The notes under the pieces are model-generated. The model was given only the letters and a program-made list of their open reading frames with translations, was not told the DNA's origin and searched no databases. A program made the translations under genes and the position numbers. A stretch of 64,000 bases of DNA from Octopus vulgaris (taxonomy: Eukaryota): positions 128,092,001-128,156,000 of the forward strand of contig OX597818.1 in NCBI GenBank assembly GCA_951406725.2. Direction: 5' to 3'. Shown here in pieces: positions 26,001 through 40,100 of this stretch; the stretch's first letter is position 1; every line of letters begins with the position of its first letter.

Positions 26001-27010
26001 TGTTAGTGCATGCATATACAGCTGTGTGCGTGCGCACATACACGCGAGTACTGTCCAAATCTCCGACCATTCACATACAGCTAGCTGGCATTCAATTGGT
26101 GTATCAAGTTTCGGGCATTTTGATTGGGTTTTGGATAGAAAATTCACAAAAAAGTCACTTCTATTGATTTTTTAATGACCTTGTGGGGTGACTGGGGAAA
26201 TGTAAAGATGTGCATGACCACCCTTGGACGGTTTTGAATGACCATAGAAAGTGCAAGCCCTCTAACTGAAAAATTGTGGATTTGTATAAAGGACATGCAC
26301 GCAGACATTTTGCCGTTTATATATAGAGAGATAATCAGTACTAGCCTCTTCCAAATATGAAAGTGTGTCCTAGTGGGATTTGAATGCAGAAAACTGTAAA
26401 GAATAAAAATAGGATATAGAAATTCATAGCTGGACTTATCCCTCTTTATATCTAAAGGTTTTTGATTGTACCACTGACTTATTTACCCTTTAGCATTTAA
26501 ACTGGCCAGTTCTGTCCAAATATTCTACCTGTTTTATGTTCAAACTAACCAGATCTGGCCTCTCACACCTTTCTAACAATGTTATTCTTAAAATAAGCAA
26601 TCACATCATCCAAATCTCAAAGCTACGAGATGATGCATGATTAATTCAAAACAATGTAAATTAATAAGCATTTCGTTGGACAGAATAATCTGAACGCTAA
26701 GGAGTTAACATAGCCATGTTAACTTGAGGATAACTAGGTGCTCTATCACTTTATCAGTCTTAACACTAATTTTTGCCAGTTGAGGGAATTGGAGCTATGG
26801 AAAGTAAAGTACTTTGTCATATGAACCCAGAGTTGAGAACTCAGTGCTTAATGTCCTAGCCACATGCTTAATGTCCTAGCCACATGCTTAATGTCCTAGC
26901 CACATGCTTAATGTCCTAGCCACATGCCACGTAACTATATTTGCTACTGATTTGCTACCTAAATAATAATAATAATAATGATAATGATAATAATGATGAT
27001 GATGATAATA

Positions 27011-27069
<59 letters not shown>

Positions 27070-27095
27070 GGTGGTGGTGGTGGTGGTGGTGGTGG

Positions 27096-27133
<38 letters not shown>

Positions 27134-27216
27134 TTGATGATGATGATGATGATGATGATGATACCAACAATAATAATAATAATATAAAGAGTAATAAAAA
27201 AGTAACAATGATGATG

Positions 27217-27256
<40 letters not shown>

Positions 27257-30200
27257 TAAATTTTTTACATTGTTACAATGCTATAAATGTTAAGAAAAAA
27301 TTCAGTCCATCAACTCAATTATAATAGTGACATATTTGGGTTGAATTAATTGTTTCCTCCTCTAAAATTCATGGAATTTATGATCAAAGATAGAATGCTA
27401 GATTGGTAGAATATTCTTGGGTCAGATAGACTGTTTTGTGGTCTGTTTCTACTCTCTGTAATCTGAGTCTGAATTGTTGCCAAGTCCACCTTTTTTTCTT
27501 CTACCTTTTAGAGTTAATGAAATAGGCATAGGAGTGGTTGTGTGGTAAGTAGCTTGCTTACGAACCACATGATTCCGGGTTCAGTCCCATTGCGCGGCAC
27601 CTTGGGCAAGTGTCTTCTACTATAGCCTCGAGCCGACCAAAGCCTTGTGAGTAGATTTGGTAAATGGAAGCTGAAAGAAGCTCGTCATATATATGTATAT
27701 ATATTTATGTATGTGTGTGTGTATGTGTTTGTGTGTCTGTGTTTGTCCCCCCAACATCGCTTGACAACCGTTGGTGTGTTTACATCCTTGTAACTTAGCA
27801 GTTCAGCAAAAAAGACCGATAGAATAAGTACTAGGCTTACAAAGAATAAGTCAACTAAAGGTGGTGCTCCAGCATAGCCACAGTCAAATGACTGAAACAA
27901 GTAAAAGAGTAAGAGTAAAATACAAATTGAAAACTGGGACCAGTTTAATCAACTATGCTTCATCAAATTTGTGGCTTTGTGCCTGCGTTAGAAATTATTA
28001 TTAGAAGTGTGGAGGTGTGGTTAGGAAGCTTGCTTTCCGACCATGTAGTCTTGGGTTCAGCCCTACTACATGGCAACTTAAGCCCCAGGCCAAGCTGATC
28101 AAAACTGTGCAAGCAGATTTGGTAGATGTAAACTAAAAGAAGCCTGTTGTGTGTGCTTATACATGCATACATGTAAATGTATGTATGTGTGTGTGTGTAT
28201 GTATATATGTGTGTTATGTGCGTGTGTATATGTATATATGTGTGTATGTGTGTGTGTTTATATATACACCCTTGTCTAGATATCATGTGATGGTTGTAAA
28301 TGAGTATCATCACATACGAGTGAAGTTGTTTGCTTCCAGTCTTCATGAAAAAATATGTCTATCTATGGGGAAAATATTACCTTGCTTGGAAACGGGTGTC
28401 GGTTGGCAACAGGAAGGACACCCAGCTTTAGAAAATCTGCCTCAACAAATTTCGTCTGCCCCATGTAACCATGGAAAAGTGAACATTAAATGATGATGAT
28501 GGTGATGATGATGATGACTGGATAGCAGAATTGGTAAAGCACTGCTCAGTCGTTTAGCTAAAATATAATGGATAATTTTTTAGTTTGTAATACACTGTTC
28601 AAATCCTCAAGTGAGCAAATGTGCCCTATTCATCAGAAGAAATATGTTGCCTAATGCCATAAAAATTGAACTGGATAAAAGGCATATAAAATATAAGATA
28701 TATTTTTACTAATGTTATCTAATCTCTTTGACAAAGAGATTAGATAACATCACCCAGTTTTCCACTCTTCATAAAGCTAGAGCCCTTAAATCTAGTCAAA
28801 AGAATTTATTTTTTTAAGGTGGGTGGTGGAAATGCTTTTAGAACCTCACAGTTTTGAGATAAAATACTGCTGTACTGACTTTATATTTCCTTTCTGTATG
28901 GTTAATAAATCACTTATATGGAGATCACTCTGACCACCTTCCTACAAAAGTTGGTCTCCTTCCTTATTGAAAGAAATCTTTTTATTCAATGACCTCTTTA
29001 ACACAGTGTCTTGTGTTTTAACAATATAGAGTTTATTAGAAGAAATAATTTCTTTTCACCTTTACTGTTTGCTAATTCTCATTCAAGTAACATAAACATC
29101 ACAACCTTACATTTCTCTCTTCTCCTAAAGTACTGGGTCTTTGTACCTGGACAATAATGTTTATTCAAGGTTGTACAGATAATTGTAAGGAGCTATATCA
29201 TGATGATCATCATCATCATTTAACGTCCGCTTTCCACGCTAGCATGGGTTGGACAGTTCAACTGGGGTCTGGGGAGCCCGAAGGCTGCACCAGGCTAGTC
29301 AGATCTGGCAGTGTTTCTACAGCTGGATGCCCTTCCTAATGCCAACCACTCCGAGAATGTAGTGGGTGATTTTATGTGCCACCGACACAGGTGCCAGATG
29401 AGGCTGGCGAACGGCCACGCTTGGATAGTGTTTTTTATGTGCCACCGACACAGGTGCCAGACGAGGCTGGCGAACGGCCAGGTGCCAGACGAGGCTGAAA
29501 TTAATGCTTTGTAAATAAGTGTACTAAAAGTGTACTAAATCTAATTGAATTTATGGAGTGTATAGAAAAGGATGACACTACATATCAGTACATATGACAT
29601 CACTAGCTTGTATTCATAATCAAATCGCTTAATTCTCAAATGGTTTATCAAGAGCAGGAACATAAATAGCAGCATTTTAAAATTGAATTACTGAATTCAT
29701 TTCTCTATACAAGTCAATGTTATGGCCATATCATTCTGAGATGCTACACACTATCTATCTCATTAGTCTATAACTCATAGATATATATGCAAACATTTAA
29801 CTTACACATGGAAACACACACACACATACACACACACTATCTCTCCCCAGTCTCTTGTCTCTGGCTCTTATTCACCCTTAAGTTCACAGATTTGAGTTTA
29901 CAGTATATTTTCTCACAACCTCTGTTCTCAATTTTTGAACTTTCTCTTAATCTGATATGGGTTTTTATCTTCAAATACAATCTGGCTGTCTGGGGCAATA
30001 ACTGTTAGGGCACTGAAGGAGTTAGTTAAACAAACTAGGTTTTTTACATTTATATCTTCTTAATCCTTATTATCTTCTTCCTCACACTGTCATGTTATTG
30101 TCATCATCATTGTTATCATTGATAGTCTTGTATGACTGTGAGCTGGCAGAATCGTTAGCACACTGGATTAAATGCTTAGAAGCATTTTGTCTGTCTTTAC

Positions 30201-33200
30201 TTTCTGGGTCTAAATTCCAACAAAGTCAACTTTACCTTTCATCCTTTTGGGGCAGATAAAATGAGTACCAGTTGAGCACTGGGGTTGATGTTATCAACTA
30301 TCCCTCCTCCCACCAAATTTCAGGCCTTGTACCTACAATACAAAGGATTATTAATATTCTTGTAATTTAGCATTTGTTTATTCATATTGGCATTGATTGG
30401 ATGAATAAATCATTACTTGCTTTGATCCTGTATCATCTCATCTATGAGGTCCAACATCTGAGATCTAACTACACTGCTTTTTCCATGTCTTCCTCAGTCT
30501 ATCTCAACCTTACATATTTCATAATGCTAACACAATATTTTTTCACCCTCTCCTCATCTAACATTTGCATCAAATATTCATTAGAGCAGTTGTTCTTAGC
30601 CTGGCAGTAGCATCTGCTAGGGGACATTGTGGACTCAAAAGGTGACAGGAAGACCACTTATGAGATTTAGAGCTGTGAGTTTTTGTTATGTGTCAGACGT
30701 GGAGGTTTTAGTCCTCCACCTAGCTGTTTCTGATAATTCCACCTGAAAACATGTAAGGTGGTTTTAGTCACCCACCTAGCTGTTTCTGATAATTTAGCAG
30801 TGAAGCACATGCGTTACTAGGGACAGTTAGCCTAAAACAAATGGAGCTCCAACCAGTCAGATGACTTGGATTACTATAAGGTTTGGTTGGTGGAGAGCAT
30901 TGTGTAGTATGTGGGTATATGTTGGGCAGTCATGTTTAGGTAGTGTTGAATAGGTGCAGACACAGATGTGGTTTGATAGAGGTTCAGTTTGAAGGTGAGA
31001 AAACAATCAAAATTATTTGGAGTGTCTGCATGTTTGTTAGGGGTATACTCTTTTACTCTTTTACTTGTTTCAGTCATTTTGACCGCAGCCATGCTGGAGC
31101 ACCACCTTTAGTCGAGCAAATAAACCCCAGGACTTATTCCTTGTAAGCCCAGTACTTATTCTATTGGTCTCTTTTGCCAAACCGCTAAGTGACAGGGACG
31201 TAAACACACCAGCATCGGTTGTCAAGCAATGCTAGGGGGACAAACACAGAGACACAATGACTGAAACAAGTAAAAGAGTAAAAGAGAGAGAGAAAGAGAA
31301 GAAGGCAACTGAAACTGATAGCAAAAACAGAAAACACAACTAAACTTGGTACAGCCCTCCTTTCAATATTTTTATAGCACATCTCTTCTTTAAATTAATT
31401 ACTAAACATACTTCTATGTAAATTTGACAAATATTTCAAAGACCAAAACAAAAGTTGAACTTTCATACTTAACAACATTCATTTTTGTACCTATACTTCT
31501 TTCAAACATCTACAAAACAAGCAAATCTATGGCTAACCAAAATAACTAATTGAAACTTCAATAATCAATCAAACTGCCCATTAGAGTACAAATACTGAGA
31601 GCAATATATAATCTCCAGATCTAGAATGAAGACCTATAGATCAACACACATATGCATACAACTCAACTCACATCCCTTTAAAATATCTATAACATTTCCC
31701 CAACCCCACATACATCTTTTAAACATATATGTGTGTGTATGTGACTTTATGTTTTTATTAGAACAATGCTTTTTCCTTTTTTCTTTTCATTACTGATAAT
31801 TATCTCTTTATTTACTGTTATTTTCCCTTGCAATTAATCACTCCTCCCCATTCAAGTCATCTGTATATTTAGTTTTCGAAACTTATTGTAAAAATACCAT
31901 TGCTGTATTTTGATAGAATCCTATTAACTGTTTAATTTATGAGCCATATAAAAATGCATTTCTAAGTTTCTATATACTATTAACAATATCAGAATATTTT
32001 TGTTTTTATTTTCATTATCACCATTCACTTAACAACTTAAAGCCTATTTAATGATAGACTGGTACTAAAATGTTCGTGGAGGCGCAATGGCCCAGTGGTT
32101 AGGGCAGTGGACTCGCGGTCATAGGATCAACCTCTTTTTTTTAACTTCATCCAAGCTGAGTAGAATTATGTGCCCTGATTAAAGCTACATTACTTAGGCT
32201 GTAGTAAATAGTATGTTTAAATTCATGTCAATGAGAGCAGTTACCCAGAATCTTAAACTCATTATCATGGTAACTTTTCCATGTAACAAAAATTAGCAAG
32301 GAAGGGAGAAAGGACGGGATAGATGGCTAGATGGATGGAAAAGGAGAAAAGGAAAGATAGAGAGGGGGAGAGAGAGGGAAGGGGAGAGAGAGAAGGGGAG
32401 AGAGAGACGGGGAGAGAGAGGGAAGGGGAGAGAGAGAGAGAGAAGGGGAGAGAGAGAAGAGGAGAGAGAGAGAGAGAGAGCGAATTTAACTCCTGGTTCT
32501 AAATGGTCTTTATGACTTTATCAGAATGTAACAATATCCATTCTGACATATATATTAAAATTTTAATTCTTATTATACAGCTTCAAAGAATTGCTTATAT
32601 GGGTAGCAGGTAGTGTGATATCTTATTTGACATCATGATACATATCTTAAATATTTTATCATTATGTGATGTAGCAAGAGCTAATAATCTCATCTTTTAG
32701 GAATATCTCAAGGATTATGTTGTCCACTGTGTCTTTTCTTAATTTCAGACAGTAAGGTAATTTCAAAGAGATTTGGTTACTATTTCTAGCACATAATATG
32801 ACCATGTAGAGGTCCCTTCTTGTTGGCTTGATTTACTCAGTGTTTTTATGAAGTTACCTTTTGAATCATGTATTCTCTAAGCAAGATTATTTTCCTGTGC
32901 CAGCAAATGTATAACATTGTATATTTACTTTGTGATTCATTCTTCACCATCTTGTTAAATACAATGACGACTGTTCTTCGCTAATGAGGCCAGAATAAGA
33001 CCAAAACCTATCCTGGGTTGTCTCTCTGTACTAGCTGGAAAAATGAAAATGATATTAGTCATTGGTAATATTTTTTTGCATTGTATATTTGTTTTGAGTC
33101 AGTCTTTTAATACTGTATTCATTCTATATGCTAACACCAACTAACCTATTCATAGGTTTGTCTTGGCAATGTTAGGCAGTTGACTTTATTATCACAATTG

Positions 33201-36200
33201 GTTGAGATGAGTAAAATATTTACACAATGCTAAATAATAAAAGTAAATAAAATAAATTTTAAAAAAATAAAATTTTAAATTTCAGAATCATTTGGGATTT
33301 AATTAAAGAGAAATTGATCCAGCCTTTTGTTGAACTTGAGTACCACTTTTATGATCTTTCCATCCAAAACAGAGACAAAACAAATGACCAAGGTAATATA
33401 AACTGATATTTTATGAATTGATGATACAATTAATTTCAGTCATTTTGTTATTGTTGTTTGTAGGGGTTGCTGCTTTAAAAAAAATATATATATTATATGG
33501 TATTTTTGTAAGCCCTGCATAATAATATGTATTTAGTTGTGTCAGTGATTCTTTAGTTTGTGCATGTGTTAGGTGCAATGAGTGATAAGAATTAAATTTT
33601 TAAATTTAATCACCAGCATCAGCATCAAAGTTATCATCATTATTATTGTTAAAGGTTGATGCACGCTTCACTTCCAACCCTAATATGTTATCTATATAAG
33701 ATGGTATCTTATGTTATCTATATAAGATGGTATCTTAAGGCGGCGAGCTGGCAGACACGTTAGCGCGCCAGGAGAAATGCTTAGCGGTATTTCGTCTGTC
33801 GTTACGTTCTGAGTTCAAATTCCGCCGAGGTCAACTTTGCCTTTCATCCTTTCGGGGTTGATAAATAAAGTACCAGTTTCGCACTGGGAGCGATATAATT
33901 GACTCAATCCCTTCGTCTGTCCTTGTTTGTCCCCTCTATGTTTAGCCCCTTGTGTTCAGTAAAGAAAGATATATAAGATGGTATCAAAAAGTTCCTGGAG
34001 TAGTTCTGTAGTCCACCAACATATGGCAGCATACAGTTGCATGTACAGTGAGGGATAGCAATGACCTTCATGGAGCAGTGTACCAAGTGACATTGCTGTG
34101 TTTACTTGGCAAGTTATGAAATTTGTGTTTTTGTGGTCACATGTATGCTGTAGTTTGCAATTTTGTCACAGACAGGAACAAAGAGCCAACGTGAAATTTT
34201 GTGCTAAATTTGGGAAGTCTGCTACAGAGACATTGAGCATGCTTTGGCAAGCTTACAGCAATGAGGCAAATCCTCTGCCAAGGCTTTGGTTGACCCAACA
34301 CTATAGTAGAAGACACTTGCCTGAGGGGCCATGCAGTGGGACTGAACCCAGAACCATGCAGTTTGGAGGTTTCAGTCATTGGACAACAGCCATGGCAGAG
34401 CACCACTTTCATTTATTTTCTATCAGCTTTGTTGTCACTTTATGGCTGAAAGTTGGTAGCAGCTGATCTCCTTTGAGTGCATCCTTCAATGGCTAACTGG
34501 TCCGGCATTATTGTTATGAGTTTATTCAAGTTTTTCTTTTGTTTAATGTTTCAGTAGAGCTTCCTTTGATGTTTCCGATTACTTTAGGCAGGCAGTTGAA
34601 CAGTTGAGGACTTCTAAATATCAGACTTGTACAATAGCATTTGATGCCAATGTCGTGTAACTGGCACGTAAAAATCACCCCTCAAACATTGGGCCATATC
34701 CTCTGCTTGAGAAGACCTGTCAAACCAAGTGAAATTGTAGCCATGGCTGATGCCAGTACCAGTTGACTGGCACATAAAAAGCACCCACTACACACTTGGA
34801 GTGGTTGGAAGAGCATCCAGCTGTAGAATTCATGCCAGACCAGATTGGAACCTAGTGTAGCTCTCCAGCTCACCGGTTTTCAGTCAAACCATCTAACCTA
34901 TGCCAGCATAGAAAGCAGACCTTAAATGATGATGATTTCGAAGGTGGTATATTTGGAAGCTGACAGTCCATGCATTAAAATTATCTGTAATACTGAAGTT
35001 TAGAACAGGATTTTCCATATCTCTCTCTTCAGCATTCAAGATAGTAGAGATGCAACGCTTTCAAATATTCCCAGTAATAAATGCTTTTAACCAAAATTAT
35101 TTTACTGGTGAACGTTTTTCATAACACTTCAATTTCTTCTATGATACCAGATGAGTTAGGAGACCAAAGCTCTGAGCAGTAATCTAACCTGCTCAGAACT
35201 CAAGTTTTTTATAGATTTAGCCTAACTACTGGTTCTCTTGTCATGAAGATATGTTGAATCCATCCTATGAGATGTCTGCATTTAGAAGTCTATTCAGTTT
35301 TGGTAGTATTTGTTAAGAATAATAATTTTTTCTCTTTCGGCATCTTTTGTTTTTACTCAGTGACTATTGATGCTGCCCATGCCATTAAAAAGTACAATGT
35401 TGGAATCAAATGTGCCACCATAACTCCTGATGAAAAAAGAGTTGAAGGTAAGATTTAAATATGGCTATTCTCAATTTTTTGTTCTTTACAAGCAAAATTC
35501 AAATTACCTTGCTTTCTTAATATTCATAATACCAACCTATATAAGACAGCCTCTACTATAAATACTCATGTATTCATTTACTCATTCACTCCATACAAAT
35601 CAGAATTAAGAAACAAATTAATTGTGTTAATTCACCTCCTAATAGCCAGTAGATACTGTTTACAACATCCAGTAAGGTAACTGATATCATGACTAAGGCT
35701 AATTTTGTTATGTCATCTAATATTGTTTCTGCTAAATGCTCGTATTCTTATGGCAAATTTGCTCAGAATAAAGCTGAAATTATTGCAGAGTTTAACCCTT
35801 TAGCATTGAAACCGGCCATATCCGGCCAAAATATTTAATCTGTTTTATATTGAAACTGACCAGATCTCGCCTCTCACCTCAGCCCTACCATGTTGTTCTA
35901 AAACTAAAAAATCACATCACGGAAATCTCTAAACTACAAGATAATGCAAGATTAATTCAAACCATTTAAAATAAACAAACACCACATTTGACAGAATAAT
36001 CTGAACACTAAAGGGTTAAAACATGCATGTGCACACACACACACACAAAATATTTCAGTGACTAATGATACAAACCCCAGTTTCATGTCACACCACAGAG
36101 AAATGTGACTTTGGTTAGTGCTAATGTTATAGGTAAAATGCAAATAACTTAAAAATTTTTTTTGTATTCATTTTAGTTTTTGATGAATCTACAGATATAC

Positions 36201-37075
36201 AAGACAACATATAATTGGCAGTATTTAATCAGTAATGTTTCTTTTGATGTAACTGTGAAAGAAGTGATGCTGGACTCAGTATTTAAAAAAAAGAGAAAAA
36301 AAACTAATGGTGTTGAAATTTTAAATGCATGCACTTGATTATGCTGTTGTTGCACTTAATAAACTTCATCCATGTTGCAATGAACAAAACACCTACATTT
36401 CTAGAGAAAAATGCTGAATTAATTGCACAACCCTAACTTCAAGAAATAAAATGTAAAATGATGGCTGGAATACTACCTTAAATAATTTAAAACACTTCTT
36501 AATTAAAACTTTCAACACTTTTAGTATATATATGTATATATATATGTATATATGTGTGGCTGTTTGGTTAAGAAGTTTGCTTTCCAGCCACATGGCTTCA
36601 GGTTCAGTCCCGCTATGTGACACTTTGGGCAAGTGTTTTATACTATGGTCTTGTGAGTGGATTTGGTAGATGGACACTGAAAGAAACCTGACTCTGTGTA
36701 CTACACATACACTGAAACTAATATAAATTAAATTTTAAACACTACATGCGGAAATAAATATTGCATACAAGCATTTCTTAAAATTTATATAAACTTTTTG
36801 TAATTAAATATATATCTAGCAATGAAAATGTGTCTAAATTTTATTCATGTTTTGATACTCTCACATGTCTGAATTTTATCACATGCAAATCTTACATGAA
36901 TTAAATTTTGTAGATCATGGTCTTAGTAGAGGAAAGATAGAGAAATATGAATTGCTGGCTCCTTGGCTGTTTTCTCCAACACTAATAACTTAGTTATTTC
37001 TAGCCTGCCCTTAAGGAATGTAGAATTAAGTATGCAGCCTCTAATATATAGAAATAAGTATCTATACAAACATGC

Positions 37076-37117
<42 letters not shown>

Positions 37118-40100
37118 CATCATAATCATCATCACCATTCAATACCTGCTTTCCATGCCAGCATGGATTGGAGAGGAACTAGCAACCCAGAGAACTGCAC
37201 CAGGCTCCAGTTGTCAATTTTGGCAGGATGCCCTTCCTAATGCCAACTATTTTACAGAGTGTACTGGGTGCTTTTTATGTATATGGGAAAAATATATTTT
37301 CTATATAAAACTTTTAAATATATATTTATGTATGTTTGTGTGTATGTGTTTGTGTGTATGTCATTGTGTGTGTGTGTGCATATGTGTGCAATATATATGC
37401 ACACGCATACATACCGTAGATGAGTAGGCAGAGAGATAATGAAAATATATTTTATATACTCAGTGTCATATTATCTTTTCCTATTCAGAATTTAACCTAA
37501 AGCAGATGTGGAAATCACCAAATGGAACAATTCGGAATATTCTAGGTGGCACTGTATTTAGGGAGGCCATCATTTGTAAGAACATTCCAAGGTTAGTGCC
37601 AGGATGGACCAAAAGTATCGTCATTGGACGTCATGCATATGGTGATCAAGTAAGAAAGCTCTCCTTTTGAATTTCATTACAATGTTGGCATTTATTTATT
37701 GTTTTGTTTTGTTGTTGCTTGTTTTGAAGGTGAAGGAAATGACATTAACCCTTTTGATACCAACTTGATTCTATGATACAAACTTCCTGTTTTAAAGTAA
37801 ACTAATGATTTTTTATTACCCATAAAGGGCTTACACAGAGGGGGACATTACAAACACTGGGGACACAAAACATCACAAATACATAAACATATGAAATATG
37901 AAAATTTTGAAAATTAAAAATGAAAGCAATGTCAACGGCCCCATCCGATAACATCACTTACCTGTCCTTCTTCCCTATAACGGTATGAAAATCATGTAGT
38001 CCCCTAGTTTCGTTCCATATATTTCTTCCAGCTCATATCTTTTATCTGGTTCAATTGTTTGCCTAATCAATTTATAACTTTTTTCCAAAAACTTTTCCTC
38101 GAGTTCTTTTTCCTGTTCCTCAGAAATTATTACATACATCAACCCTGCCCTATCCCAGCTGTCTTCCCATTACACTTTTCCCCAGTCTTTCATTATTTCA
38201 CATATTTCTTCCTTTTTTTATTACACCTAGTATATTGGGACTAGAATTTTTAAAGTTATCCTGTGTGCTTGCGTTATCTTTTTTTTTTGTTTTCTTGTTG
38301 GTGGAGATCAGGTGGCTTCAGTGTGTTTTAAAGTAAACTAAATTAAAGCCTGCCATCTAGATTTCATGTTAAATTATTTGCCAAACACCATCTTAGTAAT
38401 GACAAAGTTATTTTACTAAATTCTTCATTATTTCCGAAATTAACAGTTAACAAAGTCAGAACAGTTCTATACAAATATGGTGAGAAAAGGGTTGGTCATA
38501 GCTTAACCCTTTAGCATTTAAACCGGCCATATCCGGCCAAAAATATTCTACCTGTTTTATGTTCAAACTAGCCCTATCTGGTCTCTCACACCAACCCTAC
38601 AATATTGTTTAAAAAATTAACAGCTTCCTCATCAAAATCTCATAGCTACAAGATAATGCATGATTAATTCAAAACAATGTGGATAAAAAAGGATTAATTT
38701 TGGCAGAATAATGCAAACACTAAAGGGTTAAAAAACATCATTTGTGTATCTGCTTTTAAGGGATAAAGATTAATAGGTGCTGATAGTTAATTCATGCCAC
38801 GTAAAGTTGTTCCCACAGCATTTCTACCATTGGGACAAATTTTCACCAATCTCTTCCACCCTGCTTCATCTTGGGCTTTCTTTCAAAAAAAAAAAGAATT
38901 AACTATTGGTGTAACTCCCCTCCTCCAATGGTAAGATATGATATGAGGGTCATTTCGCTGTTATTTCTAGTGAGTTGACTGACCATCAGTGGTTCTCAAC
39001 AGAGGTCCATATGGCCCCTGAGGGTCCATATAAGATTTTGGGGGTTCACACAACAAAATAGTAAATTGGATATCCACTATATTATTTTAAAGGCCCATGA
39101 AAAAATTTTGCTTTAGATGTATGTATTGGTATGTATTGCAAGATACAATTTGGTTTCTTTCTCTAACATTTTACATAGTTCAACTTACATGAGTTAATGT
39201 GTGAAAAACAATATAGGAATTTTGAAAGAGGTTTCTATGAAGCTATTTTCTAAACATTGAACTGCTATGGGGATCCATCAGAATAAATTAGTAAACAAAG
39301 GGGTCCATAGATGAAAAAAAATGGTTGAGAACCCCTGATGTAGAGGCTTCCTTGATGTTTTTGAGGGTAAGGGATAAGCAGAATTGGGGTAATGCTGGAC
39401 AAAATACTATGCAGCATTTTGACAGATATTGTTACACTGAGGGTTCAAATCTAACTGAGGTCAACATAACCTTTTATTTTTTCAGGGGCAAACAATAAAA
39501 AAGTCTTAGACAGTGTGTTAAAAACTGTGATTTATGTTGTTAAGAATCATTTCCCTGAATTTATTTTAACTTTATTTATTGCAGTATAAGGCAACTGACT
39601 TTGTTGTTCCTGGCCCTGGAAAAGTTGAAATAAAGTTTACACCAGAGTCTGGTGAACCAACACAGTATACAGTGTTTGACTTTAAAGATGGTGGTGGTGT
39701 TGCTATGGGGATGTACAATACAGATCAGGTGAGAAGCATTCTATTTTTGTCTATGACTGCTGGCAGAGTGTTCATAGCTATTATGCACATAAATACACAT
39801 GCACTCTCATGCACTAAAACATCTGTGAAGAGACACACACATGTTTATATATGCACACATGCATGCACATACACATACAAATACGTACATAAATGTGCAC
39901 ACACACACACCACAGCACATACACACATGCATGTGCATACTTAACTGTTCTAATTGTAAGGAAACCATTGAATGAATTATCTTCCCCACCCTGCCCCACT
40001 ACCTACTGTTGCTGCCAACACTGGCGATAGCAACACATACACACATGTATGTGTGTGTGTATATATATATATTCACACACACACAGATAGATAGATAGAT

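Noticed and set aside
26845-26927. CRISPR-like regular repeat
   Set aside because: Head-to-tail 20-bp units with no spacers, in eukaryotic DNA
26888-27324. Poly-His/Asp/Gly/Met ORFs
   Set aside because: Translations of compound trinucleotide microsatellites
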